Below are positions 21,801-28,885 of a DNA stretch of 64,000 nt, one piece after another. The stretch is taken from the NCBI GenBank assembly GCA_964354375.1, contig CAYGZQ010000003.1, forward strand, positions 50,040 through 114,039, read 5' to 3'. The notes under the pieces were generated by a model. That model saw nothing but the letters and a program-made list of their open reading frames with translations, ran no database searches and was not told where the DNA came from. The DNA is from an uncultured Planctomycetota bacterium. GTDB lineage: Bacteria; JAJVIF01; JAPKYR01. Numbering within the stretch: position 1 is the first letter of the stretch; each line of letters opens with the position of its first letter. Made by a program: the position numbers and the translations under genes.

Positions 21801-22687
21801 CCGCTGCCGAGCTCCTCCAGGACCTCGTAGCGGTTGTCCACGATCTCTCCCGCGAGGCTCCCCTCGGGTCGGGCCTTCTTGAAGCTGACCGCCGCCAGGG
21901 CGTACGCGACCGCCTCCTTGAACTCCGTCAGCGATGCGTAGCGCTTGGACGGATTCTTCTGCAGCGCCGCGATGAGAATCTCCTTTACCGCCATCGGAAT
22001 CTGCTTGTAGTACTCGATGTGCGGGGTGGCGTCGACATACACCTGCTGGTACCGGACCTTGGCGACATCGCTGTCATGGAAAAGCGGGAAACCCGTCAGC
22101 ATGTGATAAAGCACCATCCCGATCGAGTAGATGTCGGCCGCCTGCGTGATCTCTCCAATCCTGTGGATTTGCTCGGGTGATACGTACTTCGGGTCCTCCC
22201 ATCTCTTCCGCGGCTCCTCGTCCATCATCTCCATCGCTCGACCGACATACCAGTCGGCAAGCTTCACGTCGGTCAGCTCGTCATTAACAAGTATATTGTT
22301 CGGTTTGATCGCCAGGTGCGGGGGAAGTCCGATGTTGTATCCCGTTTCCAGCGCCTCGATCACTTTCAGCGTAATCGACAAGGCGCTGGTGAGGTCCACG
22401 GTCTCGTTCTCGATCAAATATTCTTTCAGGCTCATCGGCAGGAACTCGGTCGCAATCTTCATTCGGTCCGAATGCCTGCCGACCTCCCATACCGGCACCA
22501 GGTTGGGATGCTTGATCGTGCGAAGATTGTTCGCGACATTCTCGCATTCGTCGATGAACCCCTCGTGGACTCCGTAGGGTTCCTTGAAGATCTTTACGCA
22601 TGCCACGCGCGGGTCTTTGGGGTCTTTCCCCTTGTATACAAGGGCCGCTTCACTGCCTCGTATGCGGTCTACGGGTTCAAAAGGCAT
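18818..22687 (-). CDS. Multidomain signalling scaffold: three tandem kinase-like domains lacking catalytic residues, a degenerate PP2C-like domain and C-terminal TPR repeats
   Basis: Start is at the internal ATG 22687, which has an AGGAG RBS; the ORF-track extension to 23065 lacks support. Catalytic-loop equivalents are HLAIKPNN, HGALRPEH and YGRLSPES (no Asp). DFG equivalents are ADW, DFR and GFE. PP2C-like segment is LYLAKVGACFAYLLR…GDVLIVGTSDLG. TPR examples AYMEEGMYDKAIAEFQKGLEIKPDN. Confidence 0.8.
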   Translation of the reverse strand: MPFEPVDRIRGSEAALVYKGKDPKDPRVACVKIFKEPYGVHEGFIDECENVANNLRTIKHPNLVPVWEVGRHSDRMKIATEFLPMSLKEYLIENETVDLTSALSITLKVIEALETGYNIGLPPHLAIKPNNILVNDELTDVKLADWYVGRAMEMMDEEPRKRWEDPKYVSPEQIHRIGEITQAADIYSIGMVLYHMLTGFPLFHDSDVAKVRYQQVYVDATPHIEYYKQIPMAVKEILIAALQKNPSKRYASLTEFKEAVAYALAAVSFKKARPEGSLAGEIVDNRYEVLEELGSGQFSGLYKALERGRDKFVAIKFYDDKLSREEDFIRAINKDLYGRAQLKHPHVVDLIAQGWHKNQYYVVETHVTSSLAAVLEDRKKLAPEQALRIIRKVLATLSYLKTKGSLEAHGALRPEHILINPRGDEVLLKDFRLHETERFIRKTYGVPPTGYQYASPEVWLDEDDVPVDQRSDIYALGGILFRLVTGDFLFDGLPQDIFDAHIKTEALAKIQERYEIPLVFHDIMIKMLEKDPLQRYQSYDDLADDIDHLIGSADSGINIHLIDQGTTIKGKYRLEERLTNIGGAYGLSPEKDLVLYAGTHLGTDTPVMLWFYRVPKTHELDEAWNGRMKLAAEYEHPGLIRVLDHGRDKGAYFFVSELRTHTLADYVAEYGPMSEGYAVEVGRLIAEALIYLRAEGFEVYGRLSPESAFVVSKPQLKVKLSGFERDVFYDTPMKLNRAEYLSPEQITGLGEQTGASDVYAWALVIYYLITGHDLFHGEPHEISAMHVYEDPRERLEATGISVDLRRILERALRKDYTARYSSWGELIEDLDDYQASAAAAEIEESILSFIPGNSSYLAMVSTEEEAPPEEESRMTFAQRYPPSSIGIRGAFGVASGISPQVDEALRCADLALREAEQVYSYSSLSRLDILEDPNQLAISAMQRANGIVNQEAFRLNKIGSIGAELLIASISQNRLYLAKVGACFAYLLRSATIRTFMKRGDEKRMLGKELTVQVETAERHLRAGDVLIVGTSDLGRVLSDVEIRNCVTSTIDTQEACERIISLAGSRYKGAGSSIKESMACVVIQFGDVGETQRIFPGRFPAAPVIHHYVTKGTAYMEEGMYDKAIAEFQKGLEIKPDNFSLNFQLAQAYKDKGQLELALRHCQKSLDLFPGFAEGHIRMADILYERGNKDKAREEYELAVATAPNSAEAHVAIGSYYFREALYTQATREFAKALDCDPHNAQAKANFEMAKSRATSIGGAVAESASKVVHGIRRPFSFRKQPKKKKRR

Positions 22688-22837
22688 CAAACACTCCTGC
22701 GGAATGGTGTACCCACATCCGTCCGAATGATTATACCATTCAGACGCTTTTGAGGGCGCAAGTGTTCCCGACATATGGCTGTCGCGTAGCATGCGCGGGG
22801 TGGGGCTGTTGAAAAAACCTGTTTCGATGCCGAATCG

Positions 22838-22991
22838 GGTGGCACCCTCAGGCGGAAAGACTGCGCGAGCAGGCTTTCTGCCTGAGGGTGTTCGATCTAT
22901 TAATCCCTCTATCCATGAGGCATTCAGGTGATTGGTCCGGCACCCCCAGTCCGCCGCGGCGGACGAGGACTCGCCTGAGGGTGCCACGCCT
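22838..22991. promoter_or_regulatory. Divergent regulatory region with three copies of the motif GTGGCACCCTCAGGCG, one direct and two inverted
   Basis: Copies at 22838..22855, 22874..22890 (revcomp, 1 mismatch) and 22973..22991 (revcomp, exact 16-mer). The first two form a 17-bp-stem hairpin. Confidence 0.45.
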
Positions 22992-23045
22992 GATATGCCC
23001 TCCTTGCGCGAAATTGCGCTTTTTCGACAGCCCAGGACGCGCATG

Positions 23046-23075
23046 TTGCGCGTTTCCCGAATCATGTGATATACT
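23046..23075 (+). promoter_or_regulatory. Putative sigma70 promoter (TTGCGC…TGaTATACT, extended -10) for the radical SAM gene pair
   Basis: Extended -10 TGATATACT lies 38 nt upstream of the GTG start, with RBS AGGAGAGG. Confidence 0.4.
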
Positions 23076-23113
23076 CTGGTGGCTGTAAAAAAAATTTCAG
23101 GAGAGGAAAGAAA

Positions 23114-24619
23114 GTGACAGGGAATCCTTCGATCCTCTTTGTCGCGTTAGTACATCGCGAGTACTCACCGTTACGGTCTGCCTATTCCGGCATGGGGAAT
23201 ACCTATGAGCTTCTCCCGCACAAGTACGCGGTGCTTTCGCTTGTGGCGTGGCTGAGGGAGAACGGCTGCGACGGTCGCTATGTCTGGATTGAGAGCAACG
23301 ATCGCGAGGCAATAGCCCATGTTGAAAAGGCGATCGAGAGGTACAAGCCGGACGCGATCGGGATGAGCCTCACCACGGAAGAAGTGATCCCGCACTTCAA
23401 GATCGCCGGGGTTCTTAAGGAGAGGTATCCCGACCTGCCGATAATCGTCGGCGGGCCGCATCCGAGCGCACTTCCGGAGCATACGCTCGAGAACTTCCCT
23501 GCCGTCGATTACGTTGCGATAGGGGAGGGGGAGCGGACGCTCACCGAGTGGCTGTTCGCGATCTCTCTCGGGGGCAGAAGATCCAGGATGCGGGACATTC
23601 CCGGCCTGGCTTTTCGCGACGACGACGGCAGCATTGTCGTTACGTGTCCAAGAGAGAAAATCGAGAACATCAATGTCCTCCCGAATCCCGCCTACGATCT
23701 GATCCTCGATCCCTCGGATCCCTCCGAATCCAGACCCTGCGTGCCAATCGTCTTCTCGTACGGATGCCCCTTTTTCTGTACCTTCTGCTCCGCGGATCAC
23801 GGAAACTATCGCTTCGTCAGGCCCGTGAACGCCGTGAACCGGATTGAATGGGCGCAGAAGAAGTTCGGCGTGACCGATTTCGCCTTCTGCGACAGCTTCT
23901 GGCCGCCCTCGGGGAAGTGGCTCGACGAGTTCTGCAAAGAAATCGAAAAACGCCGGATCAGCATCAGGTTCCACTTCGAGACCCGTACGGGCGTCCTGAC
24001 TCCCAAGCAGTTCGAGAGGCTGAGGGATATCGGGGCGCAGGCGATAGCCGTAGGCGTCGAGTCCGGCGACTCCTTCGTCCTGAGGAGAATCAGGAAAGGG
24101 ATCACCGTCGATCAGGCCAAAAAGACATTCGACGCTCTCAACAGTGTCGGGATTTTCGCGCGCGCGCTTTTCATGTTCGGGAACCAGGGAGAAACCCTCG
24201 AGAGCATCCAGGCTTCAATTGACCTCATGCACAGGCTCAATGCTCCGGTTGTCACCCTCAGCGTTTTCCGTCCGCTGCCCGGCTCCGATGATTTCGGCCT
24301 GATTACCGACCGCGAGAAGGACTGGTGGATGCGCGGCGACGAATCCGGTCGATGGTGGGCGGGCGGAACTTATCCCTCCATCTGCGAGCTTTCCGTGGAA
24401 GACCTCCTGCTCCTGGCAAGGGAAGTGGGCCTGCGTTACCCGCTGCGGGCATCGTATGTCCTCCAGCACATCATCGGCGGAAGTCTTTCTATGAAATACC
24501 GCATGGTTGCCGCGCGAATCTTCCTTGCGCATCTCAGACGCTACCTCCTCGGCATTTCGGAGAGGTACGAGTTTCTGCGCACCCTCATTCGGGGCGCAAA
24601 GACGATGCTGAGAAGCTGA
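23114..24619 (+). CDS. B12-binding-domain radical SAM enzyme (class B radical SAM, methyltransferase-like), paralog 1
   Basis: CxxxCxxC cluster GCPFFCTFC. N-terminal cobalamin-binding-like domain (…DAIGMSLTTEEV…IIVGGPHPS…). Start is GTG 23114 with an RBS, or ATG 23066. Confidence 0.8.
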   Translation: MTGNPSILFVALVHREYSPLRSAYSGMGNTYELLPHKYAVLSLVAWLRENGCDGRYVWIESNDREAIAHVEKAIERYKPDAIGMSLTTEEVIPHFKIAGVLKERYPDLPIIVGGPHPSALPEHTLENFPAVDYVAIGEGERTLTEWLFAISLGGRRSRMRDIPGLAFRDDDGSIVVTCPREKIENINVLPNPAYDLILDPSDPSESRPCVPIVFSYGCPFFCTFCSADHGNYRFVRPVNAVNRIEWAQKKFGVTDFAFCDSFWPPSGKWLDEFCKEIEKRRISIRFHFETRTGVLTPKQFERLRDIGAQAIAVGVESGDSFVLRRIRKGITVDQAKKTFDALNSVGIFARALFMFGNQGETLESIQASIDLMHRLNAPVVTLSVFRPLPGSDDFGLITDREKDWWMRGDESGRWWAGGTYPSICELSVEDLLLLAREVGLRYPLRASYVLQHIIGGSLSMKYRMVAARIFLAHLRRYLLGISERYEFLRTLIRGAKTMLRS

Positions 24620-24728
24620 CCATCCCCGGTTTTCCCACAGCATTCCTGCGAATCCTTCTCTTCGCATGCTCGTCATAAGGCTGCCCAGACCCCTGCGTGT
24701 GCGCCGTGCTATACTCGATACTAACCTG

Positions 24729-26222
24729 ATGGACGAGAAGCCCACGATCCTCTTCATCGCGCTCATCCCTCGCGACTACTCGCCCTACTACGCCAAAACC
24801 TACGGCATGGAGCGGTCGTTCGACCTCATGCCGCACAAGTACGCCATTCTCACATTGGTGTCGTGGCTGAGGGAAAACGGCTGCGAGGGGCACTATGTCT
24901 GGGTCGATGGGCCCGACGAGGAAGGCCTCGGGACGATCGACAAGGCCATCGAGCTCTGCAATCCCGATGCCCTCGGGTTCAGCCTCACCACCGAGGAAAT
25001 GGCTCCCCATTACCGGCTTATCGAGCTTCTGAAGCAGAGGCATCCCGACCTTCCGGTGATCATCGGCGGACCACATGTGACGGCGGAGCCCGTGCATTCT
25101 CTCGATCTCTTTCCGCTTGTCGATTTCGTTGCCGTAGGCGAAGGGGAGCGGACTCTGACGGAACTCCTCCACAGGATCGCAGCGGGTCACGGCGATGATG
25201 AATTAACGTCCACCAGGAGCATCGGTTTCCGCGACAGCTCGGGAAGGATCGTCATCACTGCGCCAAGGGAAAAAATCAACGACATCAACATCCTCCCGGA
25301 CCCGGCGTACGATCTGATAACGGAGTCCGACCAGCCCGCCGATCGGCGCTCGGCCTTCCCCATAATCTGCTCCTACGGCTGCTACTTCTTCTGCTCGTTC
25401 TGTTCGGTCGAGCACGGGAACTACCGGTGCGTCGCGCCCGAGAGGGTCGTGGATCGCATATATCGGGCTCAGAGGCAGTACGGGATCGAGTACTTCGCAA
25501 TACGCGACAGCTTCTGGCCGCCGACGCGTGAATGGCTGGACAGGTTCTGCAGCGAAGTCGAGAAGCGTAAGCTGAAAATCCAGTTTCATTTTCAGACCCG
25601 CGCGGGGACGCTCACAGACGAGCACATGAGCCGATTGAAGAAGATCGGCGCGCAGGCGATCGGAATCGGCGTCGAGGCGGGCGATCCCGCCATTCTGAAA
25701 AGCATCCGCAAGGGCATCACGGTGAACATGGCGCGGAAAACCGTCGCGGCCCTCAATCAGGCGGGGATTTTCTCGATCACGTTTTTCATCTTCGGGAACA
25801 AGGGGGAGAATCCCCGGACCATACAGGCGTCGGTCGATCTCGCTCGCGAGATGAACCCATCGATGTCTCTCTTCCATGTCCTCTCTCCGCTTCCCGGCGC
25901 TGAGGCGTTCAAATCGGTTCCGGACGGTCGGAAGGACTGGTGGTTGAACAGCATTTCCATGCCGCCTTCTATCTGCGACGTTGAGCCCGAGGGACTGGGA
26001 CATCTCGCCAATGAGGCGTTTCTCAGGTACCCGCTAAGATGGTCGTACTTCCGCCAGCATGTCGTCGGGGCCAGACTGTCCCCCGATTTCCGCCGTATCG
26101 CAAGGCGCATCTTCTTTGTGCACGTGAGAAAATACATCCTGGGGATTTCCGAGCGCTACGGTCCGACGAGAAATCTCATACGCTGGGTCAAATCGATGCT
26201 GCGCCGGTCCGGTAGCTGCTAG
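24729..26222 (+). CDS. B12-binding-domain radical SAM enzyme, paralog 2
   Basis: GCYFFCSFC motif; collinear with paralog 1 along its whole length; start MDEKPTILFIAL. Confidence 0.8.
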   Translation: MDEKPTILFIALIPRDYSPYYAKTYGMERSFDLMPHKYAILTLVSWLRENGCEGHYVWVDGPDEEGLGTIDKAIELCNPDALGFSLTTEEMAPHYRLIELLKQRHPDLPVIIGGPHVTAEPVHSLDLFPLVDFVAVGEGERTLTELLHRIAAGHGDDELTSTRSIGFRDSSGRIVITAPREKINDINILPDPAYDLITESDQPADRRSAFPIICSYGCYFFCSFCSVEHGNYRCVAPERVVDRIYRAQRQYGIEYFAIRDSFWPPTREWLDRFCSEVEKRKLKIQFHFQTRAGTLTDEHMSRLKKIGAQAIGIGVEAGDPAILKSIRKGITVNMARKTVAALNQAGIFSITFFIFGNKGENPRTIQASVDLAREMNPSMSLFHVLSPLPGAEAFKSVPDGRKDWWLNSISMPPSICDVEPEGLGHLANEAFLRYPLRWSYFRQHVVGARLSPDFRRIARRIFFVHVRKYILGISERYGPTRNLIRWVKSMLRRSGSC

Positions 26223-26241
26223 CTTTTTCGTCTTCGAAAAA

Positions 26242-26350
26242 GTAGCTGCTACCGGAGGATCACTGCGCCGGTAGCAGCTACCTTACCGCTCGCTGTGCTC
26301 GCGGCAAGGATAGCAGCTACCGGCAATACTACCGGAGGATCACTGCGCCG
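26242..26350. repeat. Intergenic repeat cluster: a perfect 14-bp inverted repeat GTAGCTGCTACCGG/CCGGTAGCAGCTAC, extra copies of the GTAGCTGCTA core, and a 22-bp direct repeat TACCGGAGGATCACTGCGCCGG (x2)
   Basis: Read directly between the paralog-2 stop (26222) and the ccdA start (26387); a TATAAT box at 26360 follows. Confidence 0.6.
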
Positions 26351-26386
26351 GACACATGCTATAATCGCCCGACCTGAGGTGACCTC

Positions 26387-27352
26387 GTGCAAGAAACACA
26401 GACGATGACATATCCCCTGGCGTTCCTGGGAGGACTCGTCAGCTTCATCACCCCGTGCGTGCTTCCGCTCGTGCCGGTCTACCTGAGCATTCTCTCCGGC
26501 ACTTCGTTCAACCAACTGACCGGCAGGGGCGGCGAGCTTACCGCGCAGGAACGCTCGGACATCCATAAGCGCGTGATTTTCAATGCGCTCGCGTTCATCA
26601 TCGGATTCTCGATCATCTTTATCGCGTCCGGAATCGTGGCGGGAAGCCTCGGCGAGTGGCTCAAGAATTTTCAGGGCAAGTACGGTCCCTCCGTCACAAA
26701 CTGGCTGCTTCTCATCTTCGGCGTTGTTCTTGTGGTGCTCGGACTCAACATGGCGGGCATCTGGAAACCCCGCTTTCTCAACGCGGAGGCCAGGTTCCAG
26801 TTGCAGAAGGGGAAATTCGGAGTCATCTCCTCCGGCATCGTCGGCGCCGCATTCGCTTTCGGATGGACCCCCTGTATCGGTCCGATCCTGGCCATAATCT
26901 GGGGGGTCGCCGCCGAAAGCGGATCACGTCTCACCGGCGGCCTGCTGCTCGCGACATACTCGCTCGGCCTTGCCGTCCCGTTCTTTCTCTCGGCTTTGTC
27001 GGTGAACGGCCTTCTCGCCTTCACGGGCAGAATGAAGCGGCATTTCCACACAGTGGAGATCGTGATAGGGACTATTCTTATTATTCTCGGACTGGGGATG
27101 GGCTACTTCGGTGGGTACGGCATGAAGACCGGTGTGGACGGGCTCACCCCGATCAGGCAGAACATGGGCTGGCTGTGGACATACTCCACCGAGCTCGAGC
27201 AGGGTCTGTCCCAACAGCCTCAAGGCTCCGAGCAGACCGAGGAGCCCGCCGTTTGGAAGGAGGAGATCGAGGCCACACAGGAAAGCGCGCAGCCTGTAGA
27301 GGACAAACCTGTTGTCGGCGGAAACGCCCCGCCTGCTGCGTCGGGCCCTTAG
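26387..27352 (+). CDS. ccdA: Cytochrome c-type biogenesis / thiol-disulfide transporter CcdA (DsbD family) with a Q/E-rich C-terminal tail
   Basis: FLGGLVSFITPCVLPLVPVYLS signature; multiple TM helices. Confidence 0.75.
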   Translation: MQETQTMTYPLAFLGGLVSFITPCVLPLVPVYLSILSGTSFNQLTGRGGELTAQERSDIHKRVIFNALAFIIGFSIIFIASGIVAGSLGEWLKNFQGKYGPSVTNWLLLIFGVVLVVLGLNMAGIWKPRFLNAEARFQLQKGKFGVISSGIVGAAFAFGWTPCIGPILAIIWGVAAESGSRLTGGLLLATYSLGLAVPFFLSALSVNGLLAFTGRMKRHFHTVEIVIGTILIILGLGMGYFGGYGMKTGVDGLTPIRQNMGWLWTYSTELEQGLSQQPQGSEQTEEPAVWKEEIEATQESAQPVEDKPVVGGNAPPAASGP

Positions 27353-27472
27353 TCTCACTCGCAGTCGGCTTGGGTTCGGAGACGAAAAATCAGCCCGGGA
27401 CATCGCCCCGGGCTTTTCGATATGGAGAATATCATGGAGATAGGTGCTTGCTGTCCTTATGGATGGCGGCCA

Positions 27473-28687
27473 CTATTCATCGACGGGCTGGAGGACAATG
27501 TCGATCACGGTGAACTGGTCCGGGAAGACAACCACCGGCCCCTGGTGGACATAGGGCTGGAACTTGTCCTTCATACACTCAAGCTGATACTTGCCCGGCT
27601 TCACCGGATCGAACCTGTAAAGCCCCTTGGGGCTTGTCACTTCCCACATGACGAGCGGCGGAGCGTCTGGATCGTCGGGATTCGGGTGGATTAACCTCAC
27701 AATCGCCTCGGGAACAGGCTTTCCTTCAGGATCCGAGACCTTCCCCTCAACGCCGCCGCAATTCGCGGGCTCGAGGTGGAAGTTGATCATGTTCTGTCCC
27801 GGATGGACGTCCCATAATCGATGTCCCACATTGAAGCATGGAGCCTTGGCCCACAACTGATGCGGTCCCAGCGGGATGGGCGGGAACAGATAGACCCCGT
27901 GTTTGTTGGTGAAGGTCTCGATTTTCTTAGCGCCCGGCACGCCGATCGGCTCAAGTTCGACCAGGGCGTGGGGAATCGGCTTGGGAGCCTGCATCGGACC
28001 TGTCACTACAAATCCGCCCACGATGCCGAAATCGAGCTTCGCAGGGAGGAACAGGTTCTTCTGCACCTCGCCCTCGGCGATCACGAAGACCTGGTCCTTC
28101 GCAGTCGCATGTTCCGGGGCAAAGGCGAGGACAAGCCCCGGTCCGGCGGGCGCATCGGGAACGTTGTAGTAACCGTTTTCGTCCGTGAAATCAGCCCCGA
28201 AATTCTCGGTCTGGTTGAACACGACAACAAAGGCCTTCTTTACCGGGCCAAGTTGATCATGCACGAATCCCCAGACCGTGCCGCGATCGATCTCAGGATC
28301 GGGATCGCCGAATTCCTGCGCGTTTCGCGCCGCCAGCACAACGGTGGTCTTGTACACGACCTCCCCGTCGATTCGAGCTTCAAGTGCAGTTTCGACCTCT
28401 TCATCGACGCCGTAGATTGTGAATGAGCCGTCTTCCCCGGTCCATCCGGCGATCTCGCCGTCGATGTAGATTTCCGCCCACGCCAGAGGGTCGCCGTTGG
28501 AGTCGGTCAGGACCCCGCTGAATGTGCCGTCGGCGGCTGTCCTCGTCCCCTCGCCGGTGTCGGATGACGCGACGACCTCAGACGCTCCGGGCGCGGCTGG
28601 GCTGCTCGCGCCGGTGCAGCCCAGTATTCCCCAAAGCGACCATAGTGCGAGAAGGAGGAGGACTGATGTTGCGGTTCGACTTATCAT
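27473..28687 (-). CDS. Lipoprotein with four tandem carboxypeptidase-regulatory-like (CarboxypepD_reg) domains
   Basis: Start MISRTATSVLLLLALWSLWGILGCTG with RBS GGAGAGG. Repeats of GxVxDxxGxPLxxAxIxI…GxYxF type. Confidence 0.65.
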   Translation of the reverse strand: MISRTATSVLLLLALWSLWGILGCTGASSPAAPGASEVVASSDTGEGTRTAADGTFSGVLTDSNGDPLAWAEIYIDGEIAGWTGEDGSFTIYGVDEEVETALEARIDGEVVYKTTVVLAARNAQEFGDPDPEIDRGTVWGFVHDQLGPVKKAFVVVFNQTENFGADFTDENGYYNVPDAPAGPGLVLAFAPEHATAKDQVFVIAEGEVQKNLFLPAKLDFGIVGGFVVTGPMQAPKPIPHALVELEPIGVPGAKKIETFTNKHGVYLFPPIPLGPHQLWAKAPCFNVGHRLWDVHPGQNMINFHLEPANCGGVEGKVSDPEGKPVPEAIVRLIHPNPDDPDAPPLVMWEVTSPKGLYRFDPVKPGKYQLECMKDKFQPYVHQGPVVVFPDQFTVIDIVLQPVDE

Positions 28688-28819
28688 GTCGGGTACCTCT
28701 CCGTTCAGTTGGTATTTGTACGTAACGGGGTTCCCTCGAAAGGAAACCGGTACCCACATCCTTGCTGTCTGAGGTGTCTGACGAATCCGCGCGGACAATG
28801 TTCCCGGGACCGGGGCGAA

Positions 28820-28848
28820 AGAAAAATCCCGGCCGATGTCGGCCGGGG
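28820..28848 (-). terminator. Rho-independent terminator after flgI
   Basis: Minus-strand hairpin CCCGGCCGACATCGGCCGGG followed by ATTTTTCTTTC. Confidence 0.55.
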
Positions 28849-28885
28849 ACGCTTGAGAGGAGGCTGTAATGCGTAGGAATGGAGG

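Noticed and set aside
22838-22855. TGGCAC in the 16-bp motif as a sigma54 -24 element
   Set aside because: There is no TTGC(A/T) -12 element at the required 4-5 nt spacing in either orientation.
22688-23065. N-terminal 126-aa extension of the 1415-aa ORF
   Set aside because: It has no domain. The internal ATG at 22687 has an AGGAG RBS and is followed directly by the first kinase-like domain. The extension would overlap the divergent promoter region.
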